Positions 1-8,146 of a DNA stretch of 64,000 nucleotides are shown here, piece after piece. The stretch is from contig VEQN01000003.1 in assembly GCA_018883165.1 (NCBI GenBank), positions 9,721-73,720 on the forward strand, in the 5' to 3' direction. The position numbers and the translations under genes are program-made. The notes under the pieces are model-generated. The model had not been told where the DNA came from. It searched no databases and worked only from the letters and a program-made list of their open reading frames with translations. Numbering within the stretch: position 1 is the stretch's first letter; each line of letters begins with the position of its first letter. The stretch is from Candidatus Tayloriibacteriota bacterium. GTDB lineage: Bacteria; Patescibacteriota; Minisyncoccia; Phycocordibacterales; CAIZLB01.

Positions 1-2
1 TT

Positions 3-749
3 GAGCAAAAGATGATTAAGATACTTTTAAATGGGTACCCTACAAATGATCCAATTAAGAAGAAAGTAACATCACTTGATTTGAATATCTTTACAAGCTT
101 TGCACGAAAATCATCCATTGAAAATATTAATCAGATAATTGATCAATATTTTCATGTAAAGGAAACAAATATCCACTCACAATCGCTTGCTGCATTTAGT
201 GTAATTGGTAGTCTCTGGAGAGATTTGAATCAATACATAATTACGGATATTACATCTCAACTTACAGAACTTGTGTCAGTACGAAAAGGTATCCTGTCTG
301 AAGCCGCATCAATTCCTAAAGGTAAGCAGTTTCTTGTAAAAAGTGTTTCTAATGATTTAGGAGTAAGCACTGAAGTTGCCGAATCACTACTTAAAATGAA
401 AAGCACTGGGCACATTGAAGAGAACCTTGCTAAGAAAGTTGATACCGCTCTCCTAAAGGCCCAAAAAGAATGGCTCAAAGAGTTTAGTGATGCTCTGCGT
501 GTAATGTCTGCAAGTTCATCACTCCCAAACACATTCATATTGTTTGCACCAAAGGATGTAACTGGGATATTTTCACAATTTATTCAAGCTGAAGAGTACC
601 AGCAATTTTCATTTGCGGAAGGGAAGTTTGAAGTTAAAGAAGTTTCAGTTGCAGACCTACTTCCATATTGCACAATTTCTCCTGGTACAAATCAGGACCT
701 ATCGATTGTACTAGGTTCTCTTTTTAGCAAAGGTTCAATTAAGGTATAA
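3..749 (+). CDS. CPR-type FtsA/actin-like-fold hypothetical protein, 5'-truncated by the window edge
   Basis: The frame is open to the window start (EQKMIKILLNGY...). The 'IxLNGY' motif and the position before the baseplate-J-like gene match a CPR gene pair recalled from memory. The fold assignment is inference. Confidence 0.5.
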   Translation, partial: EQKMIKILLNGYPTNDPIKKKVTSLDLNIFTSFARKSSIENINQIIDQYFHVKETNIHSQSLAAFSVIGSLWRDLNQYIITDITSQLTELVSVRKGILSEAASIPKGKQFLVKSVSNDLGVSTEVAESLLKMKSTGHIEENLAKKVDTALLKAQKEWLKEFSDALRVMSASSSLPNTFILFAPKDVTGIFSQFIQAEEYQQFSFAEGKFEVKEVSVADLLPYCTISPGTNQDLSIVLGSLFSKGSIKV

Positions 750-763
750 TTTAAGAACAAGAT

Positions 764-2347
764 ATGAAAGACAAGTTCTACGACATTATCCCCGAAAACA
801 AACGAAGCATACGGAATATTCCAATTCCAAACAAAGAACAAAAAGAAGCTATTGAGCAGAAGCTTACTGAGGCTGAGAATTCTTTCATTGAAAATGTAAT
901 TGAAGAACAAGTACCGCATGTAACTGCAAAAGACTCACCGAAGAAACCTGCGAGGAAGGCCTCACACAGTATGGATGGCATCAAAAAAGGAGGTAAAAAG
1001 AAGGCATTAAGAACAGTAACACCAGAAGTCACCACCGAAGCTGAAGAAGAAGTACCACCTCTTACGCCGATACCCAAAAGAGACATTAAGCACAAAGATT
1101 TCAGTGTGGAGCCTGCTTTTGAAACTTTAGATTCTCCTTTAGAAGAAGAGGATCCTGTTAGTGATTCATTAGGTAGAACTGAAACGTATGAGTCTTGGAA
1201 CAGAAATACAAAAAAAGGGTATGTGTTTTGGATAATTTGTGGACTCATACTTGCACTTCTACTCATAACCATTTCATACATTTTCACAGGTGCTACCATT
1301 TCACTTGTACCCAAGAAATATGACCTTAGTGTATCAGGAACAAAAGTGTATCTTTCAGATATACGTCATTCTGGTATCAAAGTAACAGTAAAGGATGAAC
1401 TTACCGTTGATGTTGATGGTACAGTGTCAGTCGACAGAAAAGCATCAGGTACTGTTGTTTTGTATAATGCATTTAGCTCAGCTGAACAAAGATTAGTTGC
1501 AAATACAAGACTTGAGACAAGTGGTGGAAAAATATTCAGACTCACAAAGTCAGTAACAATTCCTGGGCAAAAAACAGTCTCAGGAAAAAATGTTCCAGGA
1601 AGTGTAGAAGCTGAGATTGTGGCTGATAAAAGTGGAGACGGATACAATGTTGGATTCCAAGATTTTAAACTTCCTGCATACAAAGGTACACCTAGGTATG
1701 ATTCAATATATGGGCGATCAAAAACATCAGTAGGTAACGGATATTCAGGGGAAGTTCCAAATATTGGCTCTTCAGGTATTGCATCAAGTACGAAAGCACT
1801 GAAGGAAAAGCTTCTGTCTCTTGCAATCAAAGACGCAGAGAAGAAGAATCCCGACTCGGCAATGTATGCGCTAATTCCAGAGTCGTATATCACTGAATAC
1901 GGTGAAATTAAGCAAACCGTAGCTTCAAATGGAAAAAAAGTGACTTTCGAAGGATCTCTCACACTCACTGCAGTATTCATAGCTAAAGATGACTTGTCTA
2001 AAGCCGTGCTTAAGGCAGAGAATATGATTCAAAACAGTACTTCAACTAAATCTCAAGTTAATTACACAGGGGATACAGGTAGCCTCCGCATCTCTTTCCC
2101 TAAGGACACAATCAGCAAAGACTTGGAAGACACTCAAAAGATGTACTTTACAGTCTCAGGAACCAGTTCAATTTACACCATGGTAAGTGAGGAAACTGTT
2201 GCACAAGCAGTGAGTAATCTCAGGAAAGATAGAGCTGTGCCAGTACTTACAGAACTGACAGATTCTCCAGATGTACAAATTGAAATATGGCCATGGTGGA
2301 AGAATACACTTCCATCGAAAGATAGGATCAGATTGAAAATTAACTAA
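764..2347 (+). CDS. Single-pass membrane protein with a baseplate J/gp47-like extracytoplasmic domain
   Basis: Disordered charged N-terminus, one TM helix (VFWIICGLILALLLITISYIF), then ASGTVVLYN...TRLET..GKIFRL..VTIPG...VEAEIVAD..GDGYNV, typical of baseplate-J-like CPR proteins. Confidence 0.6.
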   Translation: MKDKFYDIIPENKRSIRNIPIPNKEQKEAIEQKLTEAENSFIENVIEEQVPHVTAKDSPKKPARKASHSMDGIKKGGKKKALRTVTPEVTTEAEEEVPPLTPIPKRDIKHKDFSVEPAFETLDSPLEEEDPVSDSLGRTETYESWNRNTKKGYVFWIICGLILALLLITISYIFTGATISLVPKKYDLSVSGTKVYLSDIRHSGIKVTVKDELTVDVDGTVSVDRKASGTVVLYNAFSSAEQRLVANTRLETSGGKIFRLTKSVTIPGQKTVSGKNVPGSVEAEIVADKSGDGYNVGFQDFKLPAYKGTPRYDSIYGRSKTSVGNGYSGEVPNIGSSGIASSTKALKEKLLSLAIKDAEKKNPDSAMYALIPESYITEYGEIKQTVASNGKKVTFEGSLTLTAVFIAKDDLSKAVLKAENMIQNSTSTKSQVNYTGDTGSLRISFPKDTISKDLEDTQKMYFTVSGTSSIYTMVSEETVAQAVSNLRKDRAVPVLTELTDSPDVQIEIWPWWKNTLPSKDRIRLKIN

Positions 2348-2369
2348 GTATTTGATACACTCTTTATAC

Positions 2370-2636
2370 ATGGCATCAAATAGTAACAAACAGATAGTAA
2401 CAGGTATTGTCGTAGAAGCACTTCCGAACACATTGTTTAAGGTGCAAATCGATACACCGAAGAACTCTGACCAGAACGGATCTGAGGATGGGGCAGATGT
2501 AAACACACCCGCTCCGATACTTGCGTTTTTGGCTGGAAAAATGCTACTAAACCGAATCCGTGTTATGATAGGTGACAGGGTTACTATGGAATTAGACCCG
2601 TACGGTGGGAAGGCTAGAATAACCAGAAGAGGATAG
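2370..2636 (+). CDS. infA: Translation initiation factor IF-1
   Basis: GIVVEALPNTLFKV...LAGKM..NRIRV..GDRVTMELDPY...RITRR. It carries an insertion of about 20 aa. ATG 2370 chosen as start. Confidence 0.95.
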   Translation: MASNSNKQIVTGIVVEALPNTLFKVQIDTPKNSDQNGSEDGADVNTPAPILAFLAGKMLLNRIRVMIGDRVTMELDPYGGKARITRRG

Positions 2637-2753
2637 GTTTCTTCTGGGTAGCGGTACATGCCAAACAGTTGTGGGTATATACCGCTTTACAAATAATTCA
2701 GGTTATAGTAATATGACCTTCACAACTTTTTATTATTATTTTTGATTGTGTTT

Positions 2754-2870
2754 ATGCGAGTAAAAGCTTCTATAAAAAAGAAATGTGCAGAGTGTAAAGT
2801 GGTCCGACGAAAAGGATCTGTGTATATTACATGCAAGGCTAATTCTCGACATAAGCAGAAACAAGGCTAA
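2754..2870 (+). CDS. rpmJ: 50S ribosomal protein L36 (not in the ORF track)
   Basis: Manual translation [38 protein letters not shown], with a CxxC...C...H zinc ribbon. Confidence 0.97.
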   Translation: MRVKASIKKKCAECKVVRRKGSVYITCKANSRHKQKQG

Positions 2871-2884
2871 ATACACAAACACCA

Positions 2885-3262
2885 ATGCGTATTCTCGGTA
2901 TTACAATTCCTGAAAACAAAAGACTCGAAATGGCCCTCACTGCCCTTTATGGTATTGGACGACCACGAGCTCAGGCAATTCTTAAAGAAGCAGGAGTAGA
3001 TTTCGGTAAAACAACTAAAGATATTTCTACTGAAGAAGAGAACAAGATTCGACAGATTGTCGAAAGTTTCAAACTCGAAGCTGAATTAAAGCGAGAGGTT
3101 GGTGCGAATATTAAGCGACTCAAAGATATTAAGGCATACCGAGGAACTCGACATGCTCGAAAACTTCCAGCACGAGGTCAGCGAACAAAGACAAACGCTC
3201 GAACTCTTAAGGGTGTTAAGAAGACTATGGGTTCTGGTAAGAAAAAGGATTCTAAGAAGTAA
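2885..3262 (+). CDS. rpsM: 30S ribosomal protein S13
   Basis: ALTALYGIG, YRGTRH...LPARGQRTKTNART. Confidence 0.98.
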   Translation: MRILGITIPENKRLEMALTALYGIGRPRAQAILKEAGVDFGKTTKDISTEEENKIRQIVESFKLEAELKREVGANIKRLKDIKAYRGTRHARKLPARGQRTKTNARTLKGVKKTMGSGKKKDSKK

Positions 3263-3286
3263 TTATTTTAATATATACACATCACC

Positions 3287-3712
3287 ATGGGAAAGAAACG
3301 AATCGCAACAACAGAATCTAACGAAGCAGGTGCAAAGAAAGCAACCACTTCATCAGGTAAGAAGAAGTATGACGCTGGAATTCTTTGTGTTCAGTCTACA
3401 TACAACAACACTAAACTAGTTCTTACAGACACTAAAGGTAACTCACTTGCATGGTCATCAAGTGGTTCACTCGGATTTAAAGGTGCTAAGAAAGGAACAC
3501 CTTTCGCAGCTGCTAAGGTAGGTGAAATTCTCGCTGACAAAGCAATACTTATGGGTATGAAAGAAATATCTGTAGTAGTTAAAGGAGTAGGCTCAGGACG
3601 AGAATCAGCTATCCGATCATTTATTACAAAAGGTATCTCAGTTGCAGGAATCAAGGATCAAACTCCGGTTCCACACAACGGTCCAAAACCACCTAAGCCA
3701 AGACGAGTATAA
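3287..3712 (+). CDS. rpsK: 30S ribosomal protein S11
   Basis: STYNNT, GFKGAKKGTPFAA, DQTPVPHNG..PPKPRRV. Confidence 0.98.
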   Translation: MGKKRIATTESNEAGAKKATTSSGKKKYDAGILCVQSTYNNTKLVLTDTKGNSLAWSSSGSLGFKGAKKGTPFAAAKVGEILADKAILMGMKEISVVVKGVGSGRESAIRSFITKGISVAGIKDQTPVPHNGPKPPKPRRV

Positions 3713-3731
3713 TCTTTAATTATTAAATACT

Positions 3732-4349
3732 ATGAAACTAGGATCAAAATTCAAAATTGCACGACGACTAGGGGCTCCAATATTCGAGAAAACACAAACT
3801 GCAAAGTTTAAGCTTTCACTTGCATCAAAAGATGGTGCTAAAGGTGGGAAGAAGCGAGGAGGGCCTAAGAGTGAATTCGCTAAGCAGCTTATTGAAAAGC
3901 AGAAGGCTCGATTTACATATGGTATCTCTGAAAAACAGTTCGCCAAATACATTAAAGATGTCATCAACTCAAAGAGTACTTCACCTGCAGCTGATATTTA
4001 TCACAAGCTCGAAACCCGACTTGATAACGTTGTATACCGACTTGGTCTTACAACAACAAGGCAGTTTGCACGACAAGCTGTATCTCACGGTCACATCCTA
4101 GTTAATGGACGAAAGCTCAACGTTCCATCATATACCGTACGAGCAGGTGACCAGATTGCTATCCGAGAAGGTAGTAAAAACAACGGTATCTTCAAGGACT
4201 TCGAAGAGAAGATGAAGACTGTTGAGGTACCAAACTGGCTTACTTGGAATATTGAACGAAAGCAAGCTTCTATGCTTAGAAACCCAAGCCTAGAAGGTCA
4301 GGAACTTCTGTTTGACTTGAGCTCTGTAGTGGAATTTTATAAACGATAG
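3732..4349 (+). CDS. rpsD: 30S ribosomal protein S4
   Basis: EKQKARFTYG, LETRLDNVVYRLG, ARQAVSHGH, VEFY. Confidence 0.98.
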   Translation: MKLGSKFKIARRLGAPIFEKTQTAKFKLSLASKDGAKGGKKRGGPKSEFAKQLIEKQKARFTYGISEKQFAKYIKDVINSKSTSPAADIYHKLETRLDNVVYRLGLTTTRQFARQAVSHGHILVNGRKLNVPSYTVRAGDQIAIREGSKNNGIFKDFEEKMKTVEVPNWLTWNIERKQASMLRNPSLEGQELLFDLSSVVEFYKR

Positions 4350-4370
4350 TTTTAAATTAATTTATATATT

Positions 4371-5342
4371 ATGCCTGAAACAAATATCGTACTGCCATCA
4401 AAGCCAAAAGTTGTAGAAGAGTCATCAACTCTAGGTATTTACGAAATTGACGGTCTTTACCCTGGATACGGTCACACACTAGGTAACTCACTTCGAAGAA
4501 TCATCCTTTCATCTCTTCCTGGTGCTGCAATCACAAGTGTAAAGATCGCTGGAGTAAATCATGAATTCTCAACAATTGAAGGTGTTAAAGAAGATGTAAT
4601 CAACATCATTCTTAACCTTAAGAAAGTCCGATTCATGCTCATCGGTGATGAACCACAGACAGTTTCACTTAAGGTAAAAGGTATTAAGGATGTAACAGCT
4701 GCTGAGTTCAAACTCCCAGGCCAACTTACAATCTCAAACCCTGAACACCATCTCTTTAGTATCACAAACAAAGATACCGAAATCGATATGGAGGTAACAG
4801 TAGAGAAAGGTATAGGTTTCGTTGCAAAAGAAATTCTACACAAAGACCGAGTTGAAATCGGAAGTATTGCACTTGATGCCGCGTTCTCACCTGTACTCAT
4901 CACTAACTACGATGTTGAACAAATGCGAGTAGGTGATCAGACAAACTACAACCGACTAAAGATCACGATTAAGACTGACGGAACAGTTTCTCCACGAGAA
5001 GCCCTTGAGAAGTCTATTGAAATCATGATTACTCAGCTTAAAGCTATTGTAGGGTTCAAAGAACCTGAAGTAGAAGTATCATCTTCAGTTCAGAGTGCAC
5101 CAGCACATACTGAATCAGCAGAAGACCGAGAAGAACTCGATGACAAGCTTAAGACACGAATTGAGTCTATTGACCTTTCTCAGAGAACTTCAAATGCACT
5201 CATTAATGCCAACATTCGAACAGTTGGGGGCCTTATCCGAAAGAAGGAAAAGGATCTTCTTGATATCGATGGGCTTGGAGCTAAGGGTATTGAAGAAATT
5301 AAGCAGGTGATTGAAACACTTGGCTTATCATTAAAAGCATAG
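4371..5342 (+). CDS. rpoA: RNA polymerase alpha subunit
   Basis: GYGHTLGNSLRRIILSSLPGAAIT, HEFSTIEGVKEDV, and an alpha-CTD. Confidence 0.98.
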   Translation: MPETNIVLPSKPKVVEESSTLGIYEIDGLYPGYGHTLGNSLRRIILSSLPGAAITSVKIAGVNHEFSTIEGVKEDVINIILNLKKVRFMLIGDEPQTVSLKVKGIKDVTAAEFKLPGQLTISNPEHHLFSITNKDTEIDMEVTVEKGIGFVAKEILHKDRVEIGSIALDAAFSPVLITNYDVEQMRVGDQTNYNRLKITIKTDGTVSPREALEKSIEIMITQLKAIVGFKEPEVEVSSSVQSAPAHTESAEDREELDDKLKTRIESIDLSQRTSNALINANIRTVGGLIRKKEKDLLDIDGLGAKGIEEIKQVIETLGLSLKA

Positions 5343-5372
5343 TATTGTACACGAGCATTTAAATTAACAATT

Positions 5373-5726
5373 ATGAGACACCATAACGCAAACAGAAAAT
5401 TCGGAAGAAAGACAGATCAGCGAGCTGCGCTTCTTCGATCTCTCGCACGAGAGCTTTTCCTTCACGGAAAGATTGTAACTACTGAGGCTAAGGCCAAGGA
5501 AGTTCGACCATTCGCTGAAGAATTGATCACAATCGCACGTGAAGGATCACTCGCATCAAAGCGACTTGTAGGTGCTCGACTCGCAAACAATGTAATTGTT
5601 AAGAAGCTCGTAGATATTATCGCTCCTGAATACAAGGGACGAAACGGTGGGTATACACGAGTCATCAAGCTTGAGCGTCGACCAGCTGATGGAGCTAAAA
5701 TGGCTGCTATCGAACTAGTAAAGTAA
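5373..5726 (+). CDS. rplQ: 50S ribosomal protein L17
   Basis: MRHH..RKFGR, TTEAKAKE, RNGGYTR. Confidence 0.98.
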   Translation: MRHHNANRKFGRKTDQRAALLRSLARELFLHGKIVTTEAKAKEVRPFAEELITIAREGSLASKRLVGARLANNVIVKKLVDIIAPEYKGRNGGYTRVIKLERRPADGAKMAAIELVK

Positions 5727-5736
5727 TATCACTATC

Positions 5737-6084
5737 ATGACAAAACACGTAATTGACGCACAAAACAAAAAACTAGGGCGAGTAGCATCAGAAGCTGCAG
5801 CTATCCTCATGGGCAAGAACACTGCTGATTTCGCACGAAACATCGCTCCTGATGTTAAGGTTGAAATCATCAACGCATCAAAAGCTGATATTTCTGAGAA
5901 GAAGAAAGGTGAGAAGTTTTACATTACATACTCAGGTCACCCAGGAGGACAAAAGCGAGAGAAACTCGGTAAGCTCATCGAGCGAAAGAATGTTTCTGAA
6001 GCATTTAAGCGGGCAGTAAAGGGTATGCTCCCAGACAACAAGCTCAAGACAAAGATGCTTCTTAACCTTACTGTAACTGAATAA
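5737..6084 (+). CDS. rplM: 50S ribosomal protein L13 (short form)
   Basis: IDA...LGRVAS..A.ILMGK, YSGHPGG, AVKGMLP.NKL. Confidence 0.97.
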   Translation: MTKHVIDAQNKKLGRVASEAAAILMGKNTADFARNIAPDVKVEIINASKADISEKKKGEKFYITYSGHPGGQKREKLGKLIERKNVSEAFKRAVKGMLPDNKLKTKMLLNLTVTE

Positions 6085-6098
6085 TATTTAATACAAAC

Positions 6099-6503
6099 AT
6101 GACTGAATCAAAATCAAAGTACATAGAAGCTGTAGGACGACGAAAGACTTCAACTGCTCGAGTTCGAATGACTCCAGGAGCTAAGCAGTCAGTTACAATC
6201 AACGACAAACCTATCGCTGAATACTTCAAAACAAACGAACTTCAGGTTGTTGCTCTTGAAGCATTCACTAAAGCTGGCATCGAACAGAAGTTTGCAGTTT
6301 CTGCTCATATTGTAGGTGGCGGTATCAGTTCTCAGGCTCAGGCACTTCGACACGGAATCGCTCGAGCGATTGAAAACTATGACAAGAACCTTCGAGGTGC
6401 TCTCAAGAAAGAAGGATTTCTTACACGAGATCAAAGGGCAAAAGAACGAAGAAAGTTCGGTCTCAAGAAAGCTCGAAAGGCTCCACAGTGGTCAAAACGA
6501 TAG
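6099..6503 (+). CDS. rpsI: 30S ribosomal protein S9
   Basis: GRRKTSTARV, GGGISSQA, ERRKFGLKKARKAPQWSKR. Confidence 0.98.
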   Translation: MTESKSKYIEAVGRRKTSTARVRMTPGAKQSVTINDKPIAEYFKTNELQVVALEAFTKAGIEQKFAVSAHIVGGGISSQAQALRHGIARAIENYDKNLRGALKKEGFLTRDQRAKERRKFGLKKARKAPQWSKR

Positions 6504-6516
6504 CAATACAAAGAAC

Positions 6517-6545
6517 AACTCCTCGAAAGAGGGGTTTTTCTTTTA
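6517..6545 (+). terminator. Rho-independent terminator of the ribosomal operon
   Basis: AACTCCTC-GAAA-GAGGGGTT followed by a T-tract. Confidence 0.85.
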
Positions 6546-6568
6546 CTTTGTATATAAAAATAATATCA

Positions 6569-6597
6569 TTGACATATTAATAATTTACATGTATATT
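6569..6597 (+). promoter_or_regulatory. Sigma70 promoter for ncRNA-1
   Basis: TTGACA-17 nt-TATATT. Confidence 0.75.
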
Positions 6598-6602
6598 ATT
6601 AA

Positions 6603-6845
6603 CGTTGACTAAAGGTTGGGAAACCAGCCCGTAGTCAGGGTCGTTCAGTCGGTTCTGAACAGGATATAGTGCAGAAGTTTCAACCGTGTGTTGAAACTGA
6701 AGTACGAACAACCAAGGTCTAATCCTGGGAGAGCAAAAAACATTACGGTATCTGGCAGTGCGGCTGTCGGAAATGTAGTCGTCTCTCACGACCCTGTCTA
6801 CGTATGTATAGCAACGCTCTCGGCACATGTGCCGGGCTTTTCTTT
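6603..6845 (+). ncRNA. Unassigned structured ncRNA of about 240 nt
   Basis: Own promoter and terminator. Long-range helix 6630-6644/6788-6802, closing helix 6603-6611/6809-6816, several hairpins, and no plausible sense ORF. Confidence 0.65.
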
Positions 6846-6848
6846 ACC

Positions 6849-6876
6849 TTGACAGAATTTAAAAATGGGTTAGTGT
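6849..6876 (+). promoter_or_regulatory. Sigma70 promoter for ncRNA-2
   Basis: TTGACA-16 nt-TAGTGT. Confidence 0.6.
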
Positions 6877-6881
6877 TGTAT

Positions 6882-7021
6882 CGCTGTAACCCAATGATTG
6901 AAGGGTGACGACCGTCGGCCGCGTGGCCAAGATCCGATAATCCAAGCTACAGCTCGGAATCCAAGGCGGTCGTCACCTGACTCATGTACCTACACAGCGC
7001 TTAAAGTGGCGCTGTTTTTTC
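6882..7021 (+). ncRNA. Structured ncRNA of about 135 nt, possibly 6S-like
   Basis: 14-bp helix 6903-6916/6965-6978, terminal pairing CGCTGT/ACAGCG flanking a bubble, and terminator ACAGCGC..GCGCTGT-TTTTT. Confidence 0.6.
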
Positions 7022-7063
7022 ATACTTGCATTGAGACTCGCTTTTCATTAAAATAGCACCACT

Positions 7064-7675
7064 ATGACAGATCGGAACCTTCAAGACGATACAAAAGACC
7101 TAGAAATTGAGCCAGAGAACCCTTCTTTGGACGATACTCTGGAATCCGAGTCAGATGTAGTCATTGATGAAGAAGCTGAGATGGCTACACCTCAGATTGT
7201 AAAAAGTCTTCGAGAAAAGCTCAAGAAAGCTGTTGAAGAAAAACAAGAGTACCTTACTGGGTGGCAGAAGGACAAGGCAGAGTTCATCAATGCACGAAGA
7301 CGAGACGAGGAATCTAAACAAGAGTTTCTTAAGTTTGCTAATCAAGGTGTCATCGAAGAACTACTTCCTGTAATGGACAGTTTTGACATGGCAATGGCCA
7401 ACAAAACAGCATGGGAGTCTGTCTCAAAAGAATGGAGATCTGGTATGGAAGGCGTATATACACAACTTGTTGGTGTTCTTCAAAAGCACGGGGCAACAGG
7501 CTTTGGGGCAGTGGGAGACAAGTTTGATCCAAACCTCCACCACTCAATTGGTCTTACAGAAACACCTGATGCGTCTTTTGATGATACTGTTTCTGAAGTT
7601 ATGCAAAAAGGATATACTGTACATGGTAAAGTAATACGGCCAGCACTGGTTAAGGTGTTTGAAGTAAAGAAATAA
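7064..7675 (+). CDS. grpE: Nucleotide exchange factor GrpE
   Basis: KAEFINARRR, LLPVMDSF, FDPNLHHS, QKGY...VIRPALVKV. Confidence 0.96.
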   Translation: MTDRNLQDDTKDLEIEPENPSLDDTLESESDVVIDEEAEMATPQIVKSLREKLKKAVEEKQEYLTGWQKDKAEFINARRRDEESKQEFLKFANQGVIEELLPVMDSFDMAMANKTAWESVSKEWRSGMEGVYTQLVGVLQKHGATGFGAVGDKFDPNLHHSIGLTETPDASFDDTVSEVMQKGYTVHGKVIRPALVKVFEVKK

Positions 7676-7676
7676 C

Positions 7677-8108
7677 ATGCTATCAAATTCAAGAATACTC
7701 GCACAAGGAAAAATAGCTGACAACATTGTGTTTTTGACACAGGTTGATTCAACATACGTGCTTGTTCTTGGTACAACCTTCATACAAAAAGGTATATTCT
7801 CAAAGAAAACAACTTTTAAAGTTCTTGATCAAAAAATACTAACTGCCGAGGAAGCACTTCTTGCACTTGAACAAATCAAGAATCTACAGAAAGGAGAGGT
7901 GTCTTCGAAACTTCTTTCAGCTCCACAGCTTCCAGGTGAAGTATCTCCATATATTGAAGATTCGATTGTACTTCTTCTTGAAACATCGAAAGAGGCGCCA
8001 CTACACCAGCCTGAAAAGAAGAAGACTGCTCCAACTCTTTCACCATACTATCCAACAAAAGAAATTTTTCTTGCATCTCAAATGACCTGCGCACCGAATA
8101 TGTATTAA
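7677..8108 (+). CDS. Hypothetical protein inserted between grpE and dnaK
   Basis: 143-aa ORF starting 1 nt after the grpE stop. No motif recognised. Confidence 0.6.
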   Translation: MLSNSRILAQGKIADNIVFLTQVDSTYVLVLGTTFIQKGIFSKKTTFKVLDQKILTAEEALLALEQIKNLQKGEVSSKLLSAPQLPGEVSPYIEDSIVLLLETSKEAPLHQPEKKKTAPTLSPYYPTKEIFLASQMTCAPNMY

Positions 8109-8146
8109 TTTCAATATATTAGAAATTAATTAACACATATTCACAC

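Noticed and set aside
764-2347. Prophage or contractile injection system suggested by the baseplate-J-like domain
   Set aside because: No other phage or tail genes; the protein is membrane-anchored among core genes.
6660-6675. AGGATATAGTGC resembles the group I intron S element
   Set aside because: No matching R/P7 partner in the correct order and no interrupted host gene.
6577-6828. 83-aa minus-strand ORF over ncRNA-1
   Set aside because: The promoter and terminator are on the plus strand, the composition is not protein-like, and the extensive base-pairing favours an RNA.
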